64,000 nt of DNA from an uncultured Eubacteriales bacterium (GTDB taxonomy: Bacteria; Bacillota_I; Bacilli_A; RF39; UBA660), in contig CAJJKI010000003.1 in NCBI GenBank assembly GCA_905188025.1, forward strand, positions 1,767 to 65,766, in the 5' to 3' direction. The notes under the pieces were generated by a model. That model did not search any database. It saw nothing but the letters and a program-made list of their open reading frames with translations, and was not told the origin of the DNA. Position numbers and translations under genes: made by a program. Numbering within the stretch: the stretch's first letter is position 1; every line of letters begins with the position of its first letter. Positions 18,320 to 25,456 of this stretch are shown piece by piece.

Positions 18320-18811
18320 ATGGTAAAAAAAATACTTATAGTTATCCCTATATTGCTTTTTTTAGTTTTACTTTGTTCATGGATTATAAATGTTATGAAA
18401 TACCATGACGAAAAAATTTTGGATGGATACATAGATCATTATAATTGCCATATGGATATTGGTATGGATTACAATACATATAGAGAATATCATTATGAAT
18501 TAAAGGATGATGAAAAATTTATAGACAATGAAGATTATATTATAGTCGATGATAATTTAGATGAAATAAAAGTTTTTTTTAATTATTTAAAGAATGAGTT
18601 TAAACAAGATAAAAAATGCGAGGCTGACATTAATTCGAGTGTAGTTTCCATGGGAGATTATATGATCCTCACTAGACCTGATAGATATTATGAAGAAATA
18701 AAAAATGGTTGTAAAGAACATAAGCTGACTTGTACTGCAGACCATGATTTCAAGTTATACTATTATGATATTGACACACATACATTATATTATTTGGCTA
18801 GTAAATCATAG
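18320..18811 (+). CDS. Hypothetical N-terminally anchored protein (163 aa), His/Tyr/Cys-rich ectodomain
   Basis: TM segment ILIVIPILLFLVLLCSWII and four further Cys. SD GGAG lies in the junction TAGGAGTGTGAATTATG. Confidence 0.5.
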   Translation: MVKKILIVIPILLFLVLLCSWIINVMKYHDEKILDGYIDHYNCHMDIGMDYNTYREYHYELKDDEKFIDNEDYIIVDDNLDEIKVFFNYLKNEFKQDKKCEADINSSVVSMGDYMILTRPDRYYEEIKNGCKEHKLTCTADHDFKLYYYDIDTHTLYYLASKS

Positions 18812-18830
18812 TAATACATAATAAAATGAT

Positions 18831-18862
18831 AGTAGTAGCAACACCAATGCTACTCCTTTTTT
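18831..18862 (+). terminator. Intrinsic terminator ending the islet operon
   Basis: AGTAGCA-acaccaa-TGCTACT followed by CCTTTTTT. Confidence 0.55.
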
Positions 18863-18989
18863 ATTAAAAAAAATCAAACTTCATATCACCTGCAAACCAA
18901 ATGACAGCAAATAGCACAAAAAATCTCCAAAAAGTCGTAGATTTTTCTCCAAACTTGTGATATCTTGTGTTTTGGCAATTATGTGGGAA

Positions 18990-19016
18990 TAAAAAAACAA
19001 ACCGCAAAGGGTTTGC
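18990..19016 (-). terminator. Intrinsic terminator after tRNA-Gly
   Basis: Minus strand reads CAAACC-ctttgc-GGTTTG followed by TTTTTTTA. Confidence 0.55.
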
Positions 19017-19028
19017 TTATGTCAACAT

Positions 19029-19103
19029 TGGAGCAGATGAGGGGAGTCAAACCCCCGTCACAGCCTTGGCAAGGCCGTATTCTAGTCGTTGAACCACATC
19101 TGC
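19029..19103 (-). tRNA. tRNA-Gly (anticodon GCC), CCA encoded, with a non-canonical D-loop/T-loop elbow
   Basis: Minus strand: GCAGATG TG GTTC AACGACTA GAAT A CGGCC TTGCCAA GGCTG TGAC GGGGG TTTGACT CCCCT CATCTGC T CCA. Perfect 7-bp acceptor stem, U73 discriminator, anticodon loop UUGCCAA. The D-loop lacks the GG pair and the T-loop has U at position 56. Confidence 0.88.
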
Positions 19104-19231
19104 ATGAATATATATGCTTTTATATAGATAATTTCCACGTGTAAGTTAATTATAGCAAAAATTAAGAAAATTGCAACCTTTTTTTGTAAAATATATAAAA
19201 AATATTGTATAATTAGATTTAGGTGATATAA

Positions 19232-20539
19232 ATGTTTGAAAATTTAAGTGATAGATTACAAGGTATAGCTCATAAAATGAAGGGCTATGGAAAAATAACT
19301 GAAGATAATATTGCTGATATGATGAGAGAAATTAGACTGTCATTACTTGAAGCAGATGTTAATTATAAAGTAGTTAAAGAATTTACTAATAAAGTTAAAG
19401 AGAAGGCTCTTGGAGAAGAAGTTAATAAAAGCTTAAATCCAGGTGATTTATTTGTTAAAATAGTTAGAGATGAATTACAGGAATTGCTTGGAGGGGATAA
19501 TGCTCCATTAGTTATGAATAAAAAACCTACTATTACTATGCTAGTGGGTCTTCAAGGATCTGGTAAGACTACTACTAATGGAAAGTTAGCTAATTTTCTT
19601 AGAAAGAAACATGGTAAGAAGCCATTACTTGTAGCGTGTGATGTATATAGACCTGCTGCTATCGATCAATTAAAGCAGATTGGTAAAGAGTTAAATATTC
19701 CAGTATATAGTGAGGGAATAGGAGAGCCAGTAGAGATAAGTAAGAATGCTATTAAGTATGCTAATGAAAATGGATATGATTATGTTTTAATTGATACTGC
19801 TGGTAGACTTCATATAGATGAAGAACTTATGGATGAATTAAAAAGAATATCTAGCGAAGTTAAGCCTGATGAGATACTATTAGTAATTGATGCAATGATG
19901 GGACAAGATGCTATTAATGTTATAACTGGATTTAATGATGCACTTAACCTTACAGGAGTTATTTTAACTAAATTAGATGGAGATACTCGTGGTGGTGTAG
20001 CTTTATCAGTAAGGCATCTTACAAATATTCCAATTAAATTTATTGGTGTTAGTGAAAAAATGGATGGACTTACAGAATTTCATCCTGATAGAATGGCTAA
20101 TAGAATTATTGGAATGGGAGACGTTATTAGTTTAGTAGAGAAAGTACAAGATGAGATAGATGAAAAAGAAGCTATGAAGGCTGCTAAGAAAATGTCTAAG
20201 GGTACTTTTGATCTAGAGGATTTTTTAGGACAACTCAATCAAATTAAGAAGTTAGGTCCACTAGAGAATTTACTTAAAATGATACCGGGAGTTAAAAAGA
20301 TGGGACTTGATAATGCTAAGATAGATCCTAAACAAATGGCTCATATTGAAGCAATAGTGTTATCAATGACTCCGGAAGAAAGACATAATCCTGATATTAT
20401 TAAAGCTAGTAGAAAGCAAAGAATTGCTAAGGGATGTGGACTTACGGTGACTGATGTTAATAAATTGCTTAATCAATTTGAAGAGATGAAAAAAATGATG
20501 AAGATGATGAGTAATAAGAATTTTAAGATGCCATTTTAA
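19232..20539 (+). CDS. ffh: Signal recognition particle protein Ffh
   Basis: 435 aa. GLQGSGKTTT, DTAGR, TKLDGD and a Met-rich C-terminal M domain. Confidence 0.95.
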   Translation: MFENLSDRLQGIAHKMKGYGKITEDNIADMMREIRLSLLEADVNYKVVKEFTNKVKEKALGEEVNKSLNPGDLFVKIVRDELQELLGGDNAPLVMNKKPTITMLVGLQGSGKTTTNGKLANFLRKKHGKKPLLVACDVYRPAAIDQLKQIGKELNIPVYSEGIGEPVEISKNAIKYANENGYDYVLIDTAGRLHIDEELMDELKRISSEVKPDEILLVIDAMMGQDAINVITGFNDALNLTGVILTKLDGDTRGGVALSVRHLTNIPIKFIGVSEKMDGLTEFHPDRMANRIIGMGDVISLVEKVQDEIDEKEAMKAAKKMSKGTFDLEDFLGQLNQIKKLGPLENLLKMIPGVKKMGLDNAKIDPKQMAHIEAIVLSMTPEERHNPDIIKASRKQRIAKGCGLTVTDVNKLLNQFEEMKKMMKMMSNKNFKMPF

Positions 20540-20564
20540 AAGAATTCATTAATTGAATTCTTTT
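20539..20564. terminator. Hairpin shared by the converging ffh and metK 3' ends
   Basis: AAAGAATTCA-ttaat-TGAATTCTTT followed by TTTTGTTTTT. The ffh stop lies in the left arm and the metK stop in the loop. Confidence 0.45.
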
Positions 20565-21646
20565 GTTTTTTCCCATGGCAAATTAAGTTCTTCTCTACCA
20601 AAATGGCCATAACTTGCTACTTTATAATATTCTACATTGTATAAATTTAATTCTTTAATAATATTGTCTACACTAAAATTAAAGTTATTCTTGACAAAGT
20701 CATATATTTTTTCCATAGGTACTTTATTTGTACCAAATGTATCAATGCCTATATGGATTGGTTTATCATAGCCAATAGCATATGATACGGATACTTCACA
20801 TCTTTTTGCTAATTTGTTATGAACTATATTTTTAGCAACATATCTAGCATAATAAGCACCAGATCTATCTACTTTTGATGGATCTTTGCTACTAAAGCAA
20901 CCGCCTCCTACTTTGGCACTTCCTCCATATGAGTCTACGACTATTTTTCTACCAGTGGTACCACTATCTGCAAATGATCCGCTAGTTATGAAAGTGCCTG
21001 CTGGATTTATCATTATTTTAGTATTGTTATCGATATATTTTTTAGGAATTACAGAAGTAATTATTTTTTCTTTGATATACTTACGTAATTCTTCTAAAGA
21101 GACTGACTCTTTGTGAGAAGATGATACTATAATGGTATCGATTCTTTTTGGAATGTTGTTAATATACTCTACTGTTACTTGGCTTTTACCATCTGGCAAT
21201 AAAACTGAATCTTTATTCTTCTTTCTTTCAATAGATAATTTTTCTGTTAATTTATTAGCCAATAGGATAGGTAATGGCATTAATTCTTTTGTTTCATCAG
21301 TAGCATATCCAAACATTATTCCTTGATCACCAGCAGATATTTTTTCTTTATTTACGGCTTTGGATATTTCTTTAGATTGGGTACTTATTTTAGTTATTAC
21401 TTCATATTCTTCATTGTAGCCAATTTCTTTTATTACTTCTTTAGCTATTTTTTCATATGGTATTTTGGCTTTAGTGGAAGATTCTCCATAGATAAATATT
21501 AGATTATCTTTAATTGTACACTCTACAGCCATTTTACTTTTTTTATCTTGCGACAAGGCTGTATCTAATATTTTGTCGCTAATTTGATCACACACTTTAT
21601 CTGGATGACCTTCTGTGACTGATTCACTTGTAATATATTTTTTCAT
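20549..21646 (-). CDS. metK: S-adenosylmethionine synthetase
   Basis: 365 aa. SESVTEGHPDKVCDQISD, GDQGIMFGYA and GGGCFSSKDPSKVDRSGAY motifs. Confidence 0.95.
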   Translation of the reverse strand: MKKYITSESVTEGHPDKVCDQISDKILDTALSQDKKSKMAVECTIKDNLIFIYGESSTKAKIPYEKIAKEVIKEIGYNEEYEVITKISTQSKEISKAVNKEKISAGDQGIMFGYATDETKELMPLPILLANKLTEKLSIERKKNKDSVLLPDGKSQVTVEYINNIPKRIDTIIVSSSHKESVSLEELRKYIKEKIITSVIPKKYIDNNTKIMINPAGTFITSGSFADSGTTGRKIVVDSYGGSAKVGGGCFSSKDPSKVDRSGAYYARYVAKNIVHNKLAKRCEVSVSYAIGYDKPIHIGIDTFGTNKVPMEKIYDFVKNNFNFSVDNIIKELNLYNVEYYKVASYGHFGREELNLPWEKTKEFN

Positions 21647-21670
21647 TTACTCCTCCTTGCTTTTATCAAA

Positions 21671-21797
21671 AGAAAAAAACTCTTGAAAGAGTTAATGTTT
21701 TAGGTATTATCTCTCTCATCGATATTAGCATTACCACCTTGCTTTAGCAGGTTGGTATGAGTTCATAGAGCTAATTCTCTCCCTCATTCTTGATAAA
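21671..21797 (-). promoter_or_regulatory. SAM (S-box type) riboswitch with terminator expression platform in the metK leader
   Basis: Minus strand: UUAUCAAGAAUGAGGGAGAGAAUUAGCUCUAUGAACUCAUACCAACCUGCUAAAGCAAGGUGGUAAUGCUAAUAUCGAUGAGAGAG. S-box landmarks are present: UUAUCAAGA, a GA/AUGAA K-turn-like loop, CCAACC, AGGUGNUAAU and a closing GAUGAG. Loop AUUAGC is complementary to the downstream GCUAAU. This is followed by AACUCU-uuca-AGAGUU plus U7 and the SD AAGGAGG. Confidence 0.75.
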
Positions 21798-21807
21798 AGT
21801 CAATTTA

Positions 21808-21836
21808 ATATTATTATATTTTTTTCTATCTGTCAA
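21808..21836 (-). promoter_or_regulatory. Sigma-A type promoter for the metK leader
   Basis: Minus strand reads TTGACA -17 nt- TAATAT, ending about 10 nt before the riboswitch P1 strand. Confidence 0.5.
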
Positions 21837-21908
21837 GATAATTTGTGCATTTTACATAGTCATAATTAAAGTTCTTTCATATTATAAAAATAGATAGGAG
21901 GAACAAAG

Positions 21909-22259
21909 ATGTTTTATAATGATGATTTTAGACCTGATGGTAATTTTGGATATGGTGATGGAATAGATATTAATATTAATAATAGTAATATGAACACTAA
22001 TACTAATACCAATACTAATATTAATGTTAATGAAAATGAAGGCATGGCTTATGGAATGCAAAGTGGTCCTATTATTGAAGCTGGTAGAGAAAGATGCATT
22101 CAAAGAAATATTGTTCATGAAGTAAAACATATCTGTCCAATTAATACTAAAATAATTAACAATCATATATTTAGACATACTTATCAACCACACTATACTT
22201 GTAGTGAAGAGAATGTTGTAACTAATCAACAATGTGGTTCTTGTTGTCAATTTAGATAA
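21909..22259 (+). CDS. CotD-family spore coat protein with an Asn/Thr-repeat N-terminal region
   Basis: 116 aa. The C-terminal half CIQRNIVHEVKHICPINTKIINNHIFRHTYQPHYTCSEENVVTNQQCGSCC fits the CotD pattern (V.H..P.hT..vNhH.f.H.y.Ph). The antisense ORF 21882..22250 is spurious. Confidence 0.65.
   Translation: MFYNDDFRPDGNFGYGDGIDININNSNMNTNTNTNTNINVNENEGMAYGMQSGPIIEAGRERCIQRNIVHEVKHICPINTKIINNHIFRHTYQPHYTCSEENVVTNQQCGSCCQFR
21993..22034 (+). repeat. Imperfect hexanucleotide tract (AAY-RYY x7) encoding NTNTNTNTNINVNE
   Basis: aacact aatact aatacc aatact aatatt aatgtt aatgaa, in frame in the cotD-like gene. Confidence 0.8.
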
Positions 22260-22347
22260 TTTGTAATCTAGGAAAGATCATTTGCGTAATGTGAGTGGTC
22301 TTTTCTTTTTGATGGATTATGATATAATAGTGACAAGAGGTGGTAAG

Positions 22348-23445
22348 ATGATTGAGGATATTTTTTATAAACATATTATAAGAGAAGCTCAAACAGGAAG
22401 AATTGATTGTTTGGATTATTATAATATTGCATTTGAAACTGATATTATGGGAAAGAAATATTCTTATTTAGGAGATAGTGATGGGTTAATTATTCCTACT
22501 TTGATGATTAATGATAAAGATGAATTTGATAGATTACTTAATGAATATGTGATGGTAGCGGAAGAGTTTTATGGAATAGATAGTTTTTCAGATGATGTGA
22601 AGATGATTAACTGGCAGAGTGATGAAGAGGGTAGAGGGATAGAGAAAACGATTATGACTCTTTTATGGGCTAATGCTACGATAGAGGATTTTAATGATCC
22701 GGTTAATTTTTTGAAGAGAAGAATTGAATTTATGAGAGAGGACTATTGTGATAGTCAAGTACTGGGATATTCTTTAGTTATGGGAGCTTGGGTAGAGATA
22801 GAGATAGCTAAGGATAAGATTACTAATGAGGGGCCTTATCAATTTATAGTTAGATTAAGAAATGATATGGGTGAAGTAGTAGAAATGCCTCAGGTTAAGT
22901 TTGGATGCTTAAATGATAGTTTATATGTTTATGCTATACAAAATGGGAAAAATAAGACTGATAGTAAGTTTATGAAACAAATAAATAGAAAACTATATAA
23001 AGTAGGAATGGGATATATAGGAAACGATGACAGTGATGAGAATTTAAAGGATATAACAGCTAGTTTTTTATATGTATTAAGTATAGCGATAGCATATTTT
23101 AAGAATTTGGGAATAGATAATATTATAGTACCTTCAATACTTATAGAGAGATGGAATAATAAGAAGATAGCTAATAGAATGAAGATGAAGAGAGGAAAGA
23201 TTACTTTAGATGAATATAATGAGAAGGAAGAGTATCAGGATTATTTACAAAGTAATTTGACTAATAAGCTTATTAGGACATTTTTGAGATTGGGATGCCA
23301 CTTTAATAATATTGATATTAAAAGTTTTCCTTTTGAAAATGATTCTTGTTTGAGAATGAAGATTAGTGATGTGGCTGTACAAGGAAATAATTATTTATTG
23401 ATGGATGGATATAATTTAATGAAAGGGAAAGGTAATACTAGGTAG
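22348..23445 (+). CDS. Hypothetical cytosolic protein (365 aa), family not recognised
   Basis: The ATG at 22348 follows AGAGGTGG; the track frame opens at 22282. An extended -10 element TGATATAAT lies upstream. No motifs I can assign. Confidence 0.5.
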   Translation: MIEDIFYKHIIREAQTGRIDCLDYYNIAFETDIMGKKYSYLGDSDGLIIPTLMINDKDEFDRLLNEYVMVAEEFYGIDSFSDDVKMINWQSDEEGRGIEKTIMTLLWANATIEDFNDPVNFLKRRIEFMREDYCDSQVLGYSLVMGAWVEIEIAKDKITNEGPYQFIVRLRNDMGEVVEMPQVKFGCLNDSLYVYAIQNGKNKTDSKFMKQINRKLYKVGMGYIGNDDSDENLKDITASFLYVLSIAIAYFKNLGIDNIIVPSILIERWNNKKIANRMKMKRGKITLDEYNEKEEYQDYLQSNLTNKLIRTFLRLGCHFNNIDIKSFPFENDSCLRMKISDVAVQGNNYLLMDGYNLMKGKGNTR

Positions 23446-23527
23446 TTTACAGGGATAATTGACAAATTAGTTATTACAGTTTCTTTTTTTTTAGAGTTAT
23501 GATAGAATAAGATTTGTAGGTGATACT

Positions 23528-24451
23528 ATGAAAAAATGTGCAATTATTTATAATCCTAATAGTGGTAGAAAGGCTAAATTTAAATATTTACCTCAATTTG
23601 AAGAGATGCTACATAATTATGGATATGAAACAAAGACATACTATACGGAATATAAAGGGCATGCTATAGAGATAGTAGAAAAGTTAGATCCAGTTGATTT
23701 AGTTTTATCTATTGGAGGAGATGGGACTTTTAATGAGTCTATGACTGGTAATTATAAGAGAAAAGATAGGCTTGTATGTGCACATATTCCTTGTGGTACT
23801 ACTAATGATATAGGGGCGATGATGGGATATGGAAAGAATATGCTTACTAATCTTAAGAGGACTCTTGATGGGGTTGTTAAGCAAGTAGATATTTGTATGA
23901 TTAATAATAAGCCTTTTATATATGTAGCTACTATAGGGAAGTTTGCGGATATTCCATATGAGACGCCTAGGGAGCTTAAGAAAAGAATTGGATACTTAGC
24001 ATATATTAAAGAGGGAGCTAAATCTTTATTTGATAAGACTAATCTTAATGAGATTGTTTATGAGATAGATGGAGTTGAATATAGGGGACTATTTTCTTTT
24101 ATTATTGTATCTAGTGCTAATAGGATAGCTGGTATTAATAATTTTTATAAGGATGTTAAGTTAGATGATAATAAGTTTGAGGTACTTTTATGTAATATAT
24201 CTAAGAAGAAAGATATTCTTAGGAGTTTATATTTTTTAACTTTGTATGATGTGGAGAAAGTACCGGGATTATATTTATATAAGACGGATAATTTGAAGAT
24301 TAAGTTTATTGATAAGCCAAAGAAGCCATGGTGTATCGATGGGGAAATGTTAGAGCCTTTTGTAGATAAATATGATATTAGGATTGATAGGAGTCTTAAG
24401 ATGATGATTCCTGATAGGAATGTAGATAAGTTATTTGTTAATAAAGAATGA
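23528..24451 (+). CDS. Diacylglycerol/lipid kinase, YegS/DagK family
   Basis: 307 aa. NPNSG, SIGGDGTFNE and GTTNDIG motifs of the DAGK catalytic domain. Confidence 0.85.
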   Translation: MKKCAIIYNPNSGRKAKFKYLPQFEEMLHNYGYETKTYYTEYKGHAIEIVEKLDPVDLVLSIGGDGTFNESMTGNYKRKDRLVCAHIPCGTTNDIGAMMGYGKNMLTNLKRTLDGVVKQVDICMINNKPFIYVATIGKFADIPYETPRELKKRIGYLAYIKEGAKSLFDKTNLNEIVYEIDGVEYRGLFSFIIVSSANRIAGINNFYKDVKLDDNKFEVLLCNISKKKDILRSLYFLTLYDVEKVPGLYLYKTDNLKIKFIDKPKKPWCIDGEMLEPFVDKYDIRIDRSLKMMIPDRNVDKLFVNKE

Positions 24452-24684
24452 AATATATAGCTATTGGATTAATAAAGGTATATCAGATGATTCCTGGGCC
24501 ATGGCACGGATATTGTAAGTATAAGCCAACTTGTTCAAATTATGCTATTGGGGTAATGGGAGAGTTTGGATTTGTGAAGGGACTTTATTTAACTATTAAG
24601 AGGCTTCTTAAATGTAATTGTATTAGTAAGGGTGGATATGATCCAATACCTTTGAAGGAGGATAAGTATGGAAAAAGAGATTAA
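24448..24684 (+). CDS. yidD: Membrane protein insertion efficiency factor YidD
   Basis: 78 aa. CKYKPTCSNYA......G..L...R.LKCN....GGYDPIP signature. ATGA overlap with the upstream gene. Confidence 0.85.
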   Translation: MKYIAIGLIKVYQMIPGPWHGYCKYKPTCSNYAIGVMGEFGFVKGLYLTIKRLLKCNCISKGGYDPIPLKEDKYGKRD

Positions 24685-25171
24685 TAAGCAAAGAAAGGAT
24701 TATTTGAATTGGGATCAATATTTTATGGGAATAGCTAAATTATCAGCACTTAGAAGTAAGGATCCTAATACGCAGGTAGGAGCATGTATTGTAGGTAATG
24801 ATAATCGTATTTTGTCAATAGGATATAATGGTACTCCGAATGGTTTTCATGATACGTTGTTTCCTTGGGATAGAGAGGGTAGTCCACTAGAGACTAAGTA
24901 TTTATATGTATGTCATGCGGAGATGAATGCGGTACTTAATTATCGTGGTAATAGAAAAGAATTAGAGAATGCAAAGATATATGTAGATTTGTTTCCTTGT
25001 AATGAATGTGCTAAGATTATTATTCAATCTGGTATTAAAGAAGTAGTTTATTTATGTGATAAGTATGCTAATACTGATTCAGTTATTGCTTCAAAGAAAT
25101 TGTTTGATTCTTGTGGAGTAGTGTATCGTAAAATCGAGGAAACTGGTAAAGAAATTAAGTTAGAACTATAA
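24668..25171 (+). CDS. comEB: dCMP deaminase (ComEB type)
   Basis: 167 aa. CHAEMNA and PCNECAK zinc motifs. Confidence 0.85.
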   Translation: MEKEINKQRKDYLNWDQYFMGIAKLSALRSKDPNTQVGACIVGNDNRILSIGYNGTPNGFHDTLFPWDREGSPLETKYLYVCHAEMNAVLNYRGNRKELENAKIYVDLFPCNECAKIIIQSGIKEVVYLCDKYANTDSVIASKKLFDSCGVVYRKIEETGKEIKLEL

Positions 25172-25188
25172 TAATATTAGTAAAAAAC

Positions 25189-25217
25189 TTTACTTTTTTC
25201 AAAAATGGGTATATAAT
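25189..25217 (+). promoter_or_regulatory. Promoter for tRNA-Arg
   Basis: TTTACT -17 nt- TATAAT (25212-25217), 20 nt before the tRNA 5' end. Confidence 0.5.
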
Positions 25218-25236
25218 GTATATACATTTTTGATTT

Positions 25237-25313
25237 GCGCCCATAGCTCAATTGGATAGAGCGTTTGGCTACGGACCAAAAGGTTTGGGGTTCGAATCCC
25301 TATGGGCGCGCCA
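25237..25313 (+). tRNA. tRNA-Arg (anticodon ACG), CCA encoded
   Basis: GCGCCCA TA GCTC AATTGGATA GAGC G TTTGG CTACGGA CCAAA AGGTT TGGGG TTCGAAT CCCTA TGGGCGC G CCA. Canonical cloverleaf with GG in the D-loop and a TTCGAAT T-loop. Confidence 0.95.
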
Positions 25314-25328
25314 TTTATGTAGGATTTT

Positions 25329-25350
25329 AGCACAATATGTGCTTTTTTTC
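25329..25350 (+). terminator. Intrinsic terminator after tRNA-Arg
   Basis: AGCACA-ata-TGTGCT followed by TTTTTTTC. Confidence 0.6.
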
Positions 25351-25362
25351 TTGGAAAAATAG

Positions 25363-25391
25363 TTGAATATCATGGATTTATATGATATAAT
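25363..25391 (+). promoter_or_regulatory. Strong sigma-A type promoter of the rimP-nusA-infB operon
   Basis: TTGAAT (25363-25368) -17 nt- TGaTATAAT (TATAAT at 25386-25391). Confidence 0.55.
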
Positions 25392-25410
25392 TTAGATATA
25401 TCTTGACGAA

Positions 25411-25439
25411 GAGTGGCCGAAAATCCACTCTTTATTATT
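25411..25439 (+). promoter_or_regulatory. Leader hairpin plus interrupted U-tract (weak terminator/attenuator candidate) before rimP
   Basis: GAGTGG-ccgaaaat-CCACTC followed by TTTATTATT, 18 nt before the rimP ATG. Confidence 0.35.
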
Positions 25440-25456
25440 GATAGTTTGGAGGTATT

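Noticed and set aside
21882-22250. 122-aa minus-strand ORF overlapping the cotD-like gene
   Set aside because: The plus-strand frame carries the recognisable CotD motif and an SD (TAGGAGGAA). The minus frame is Ile/Asn low complexity with no SD.
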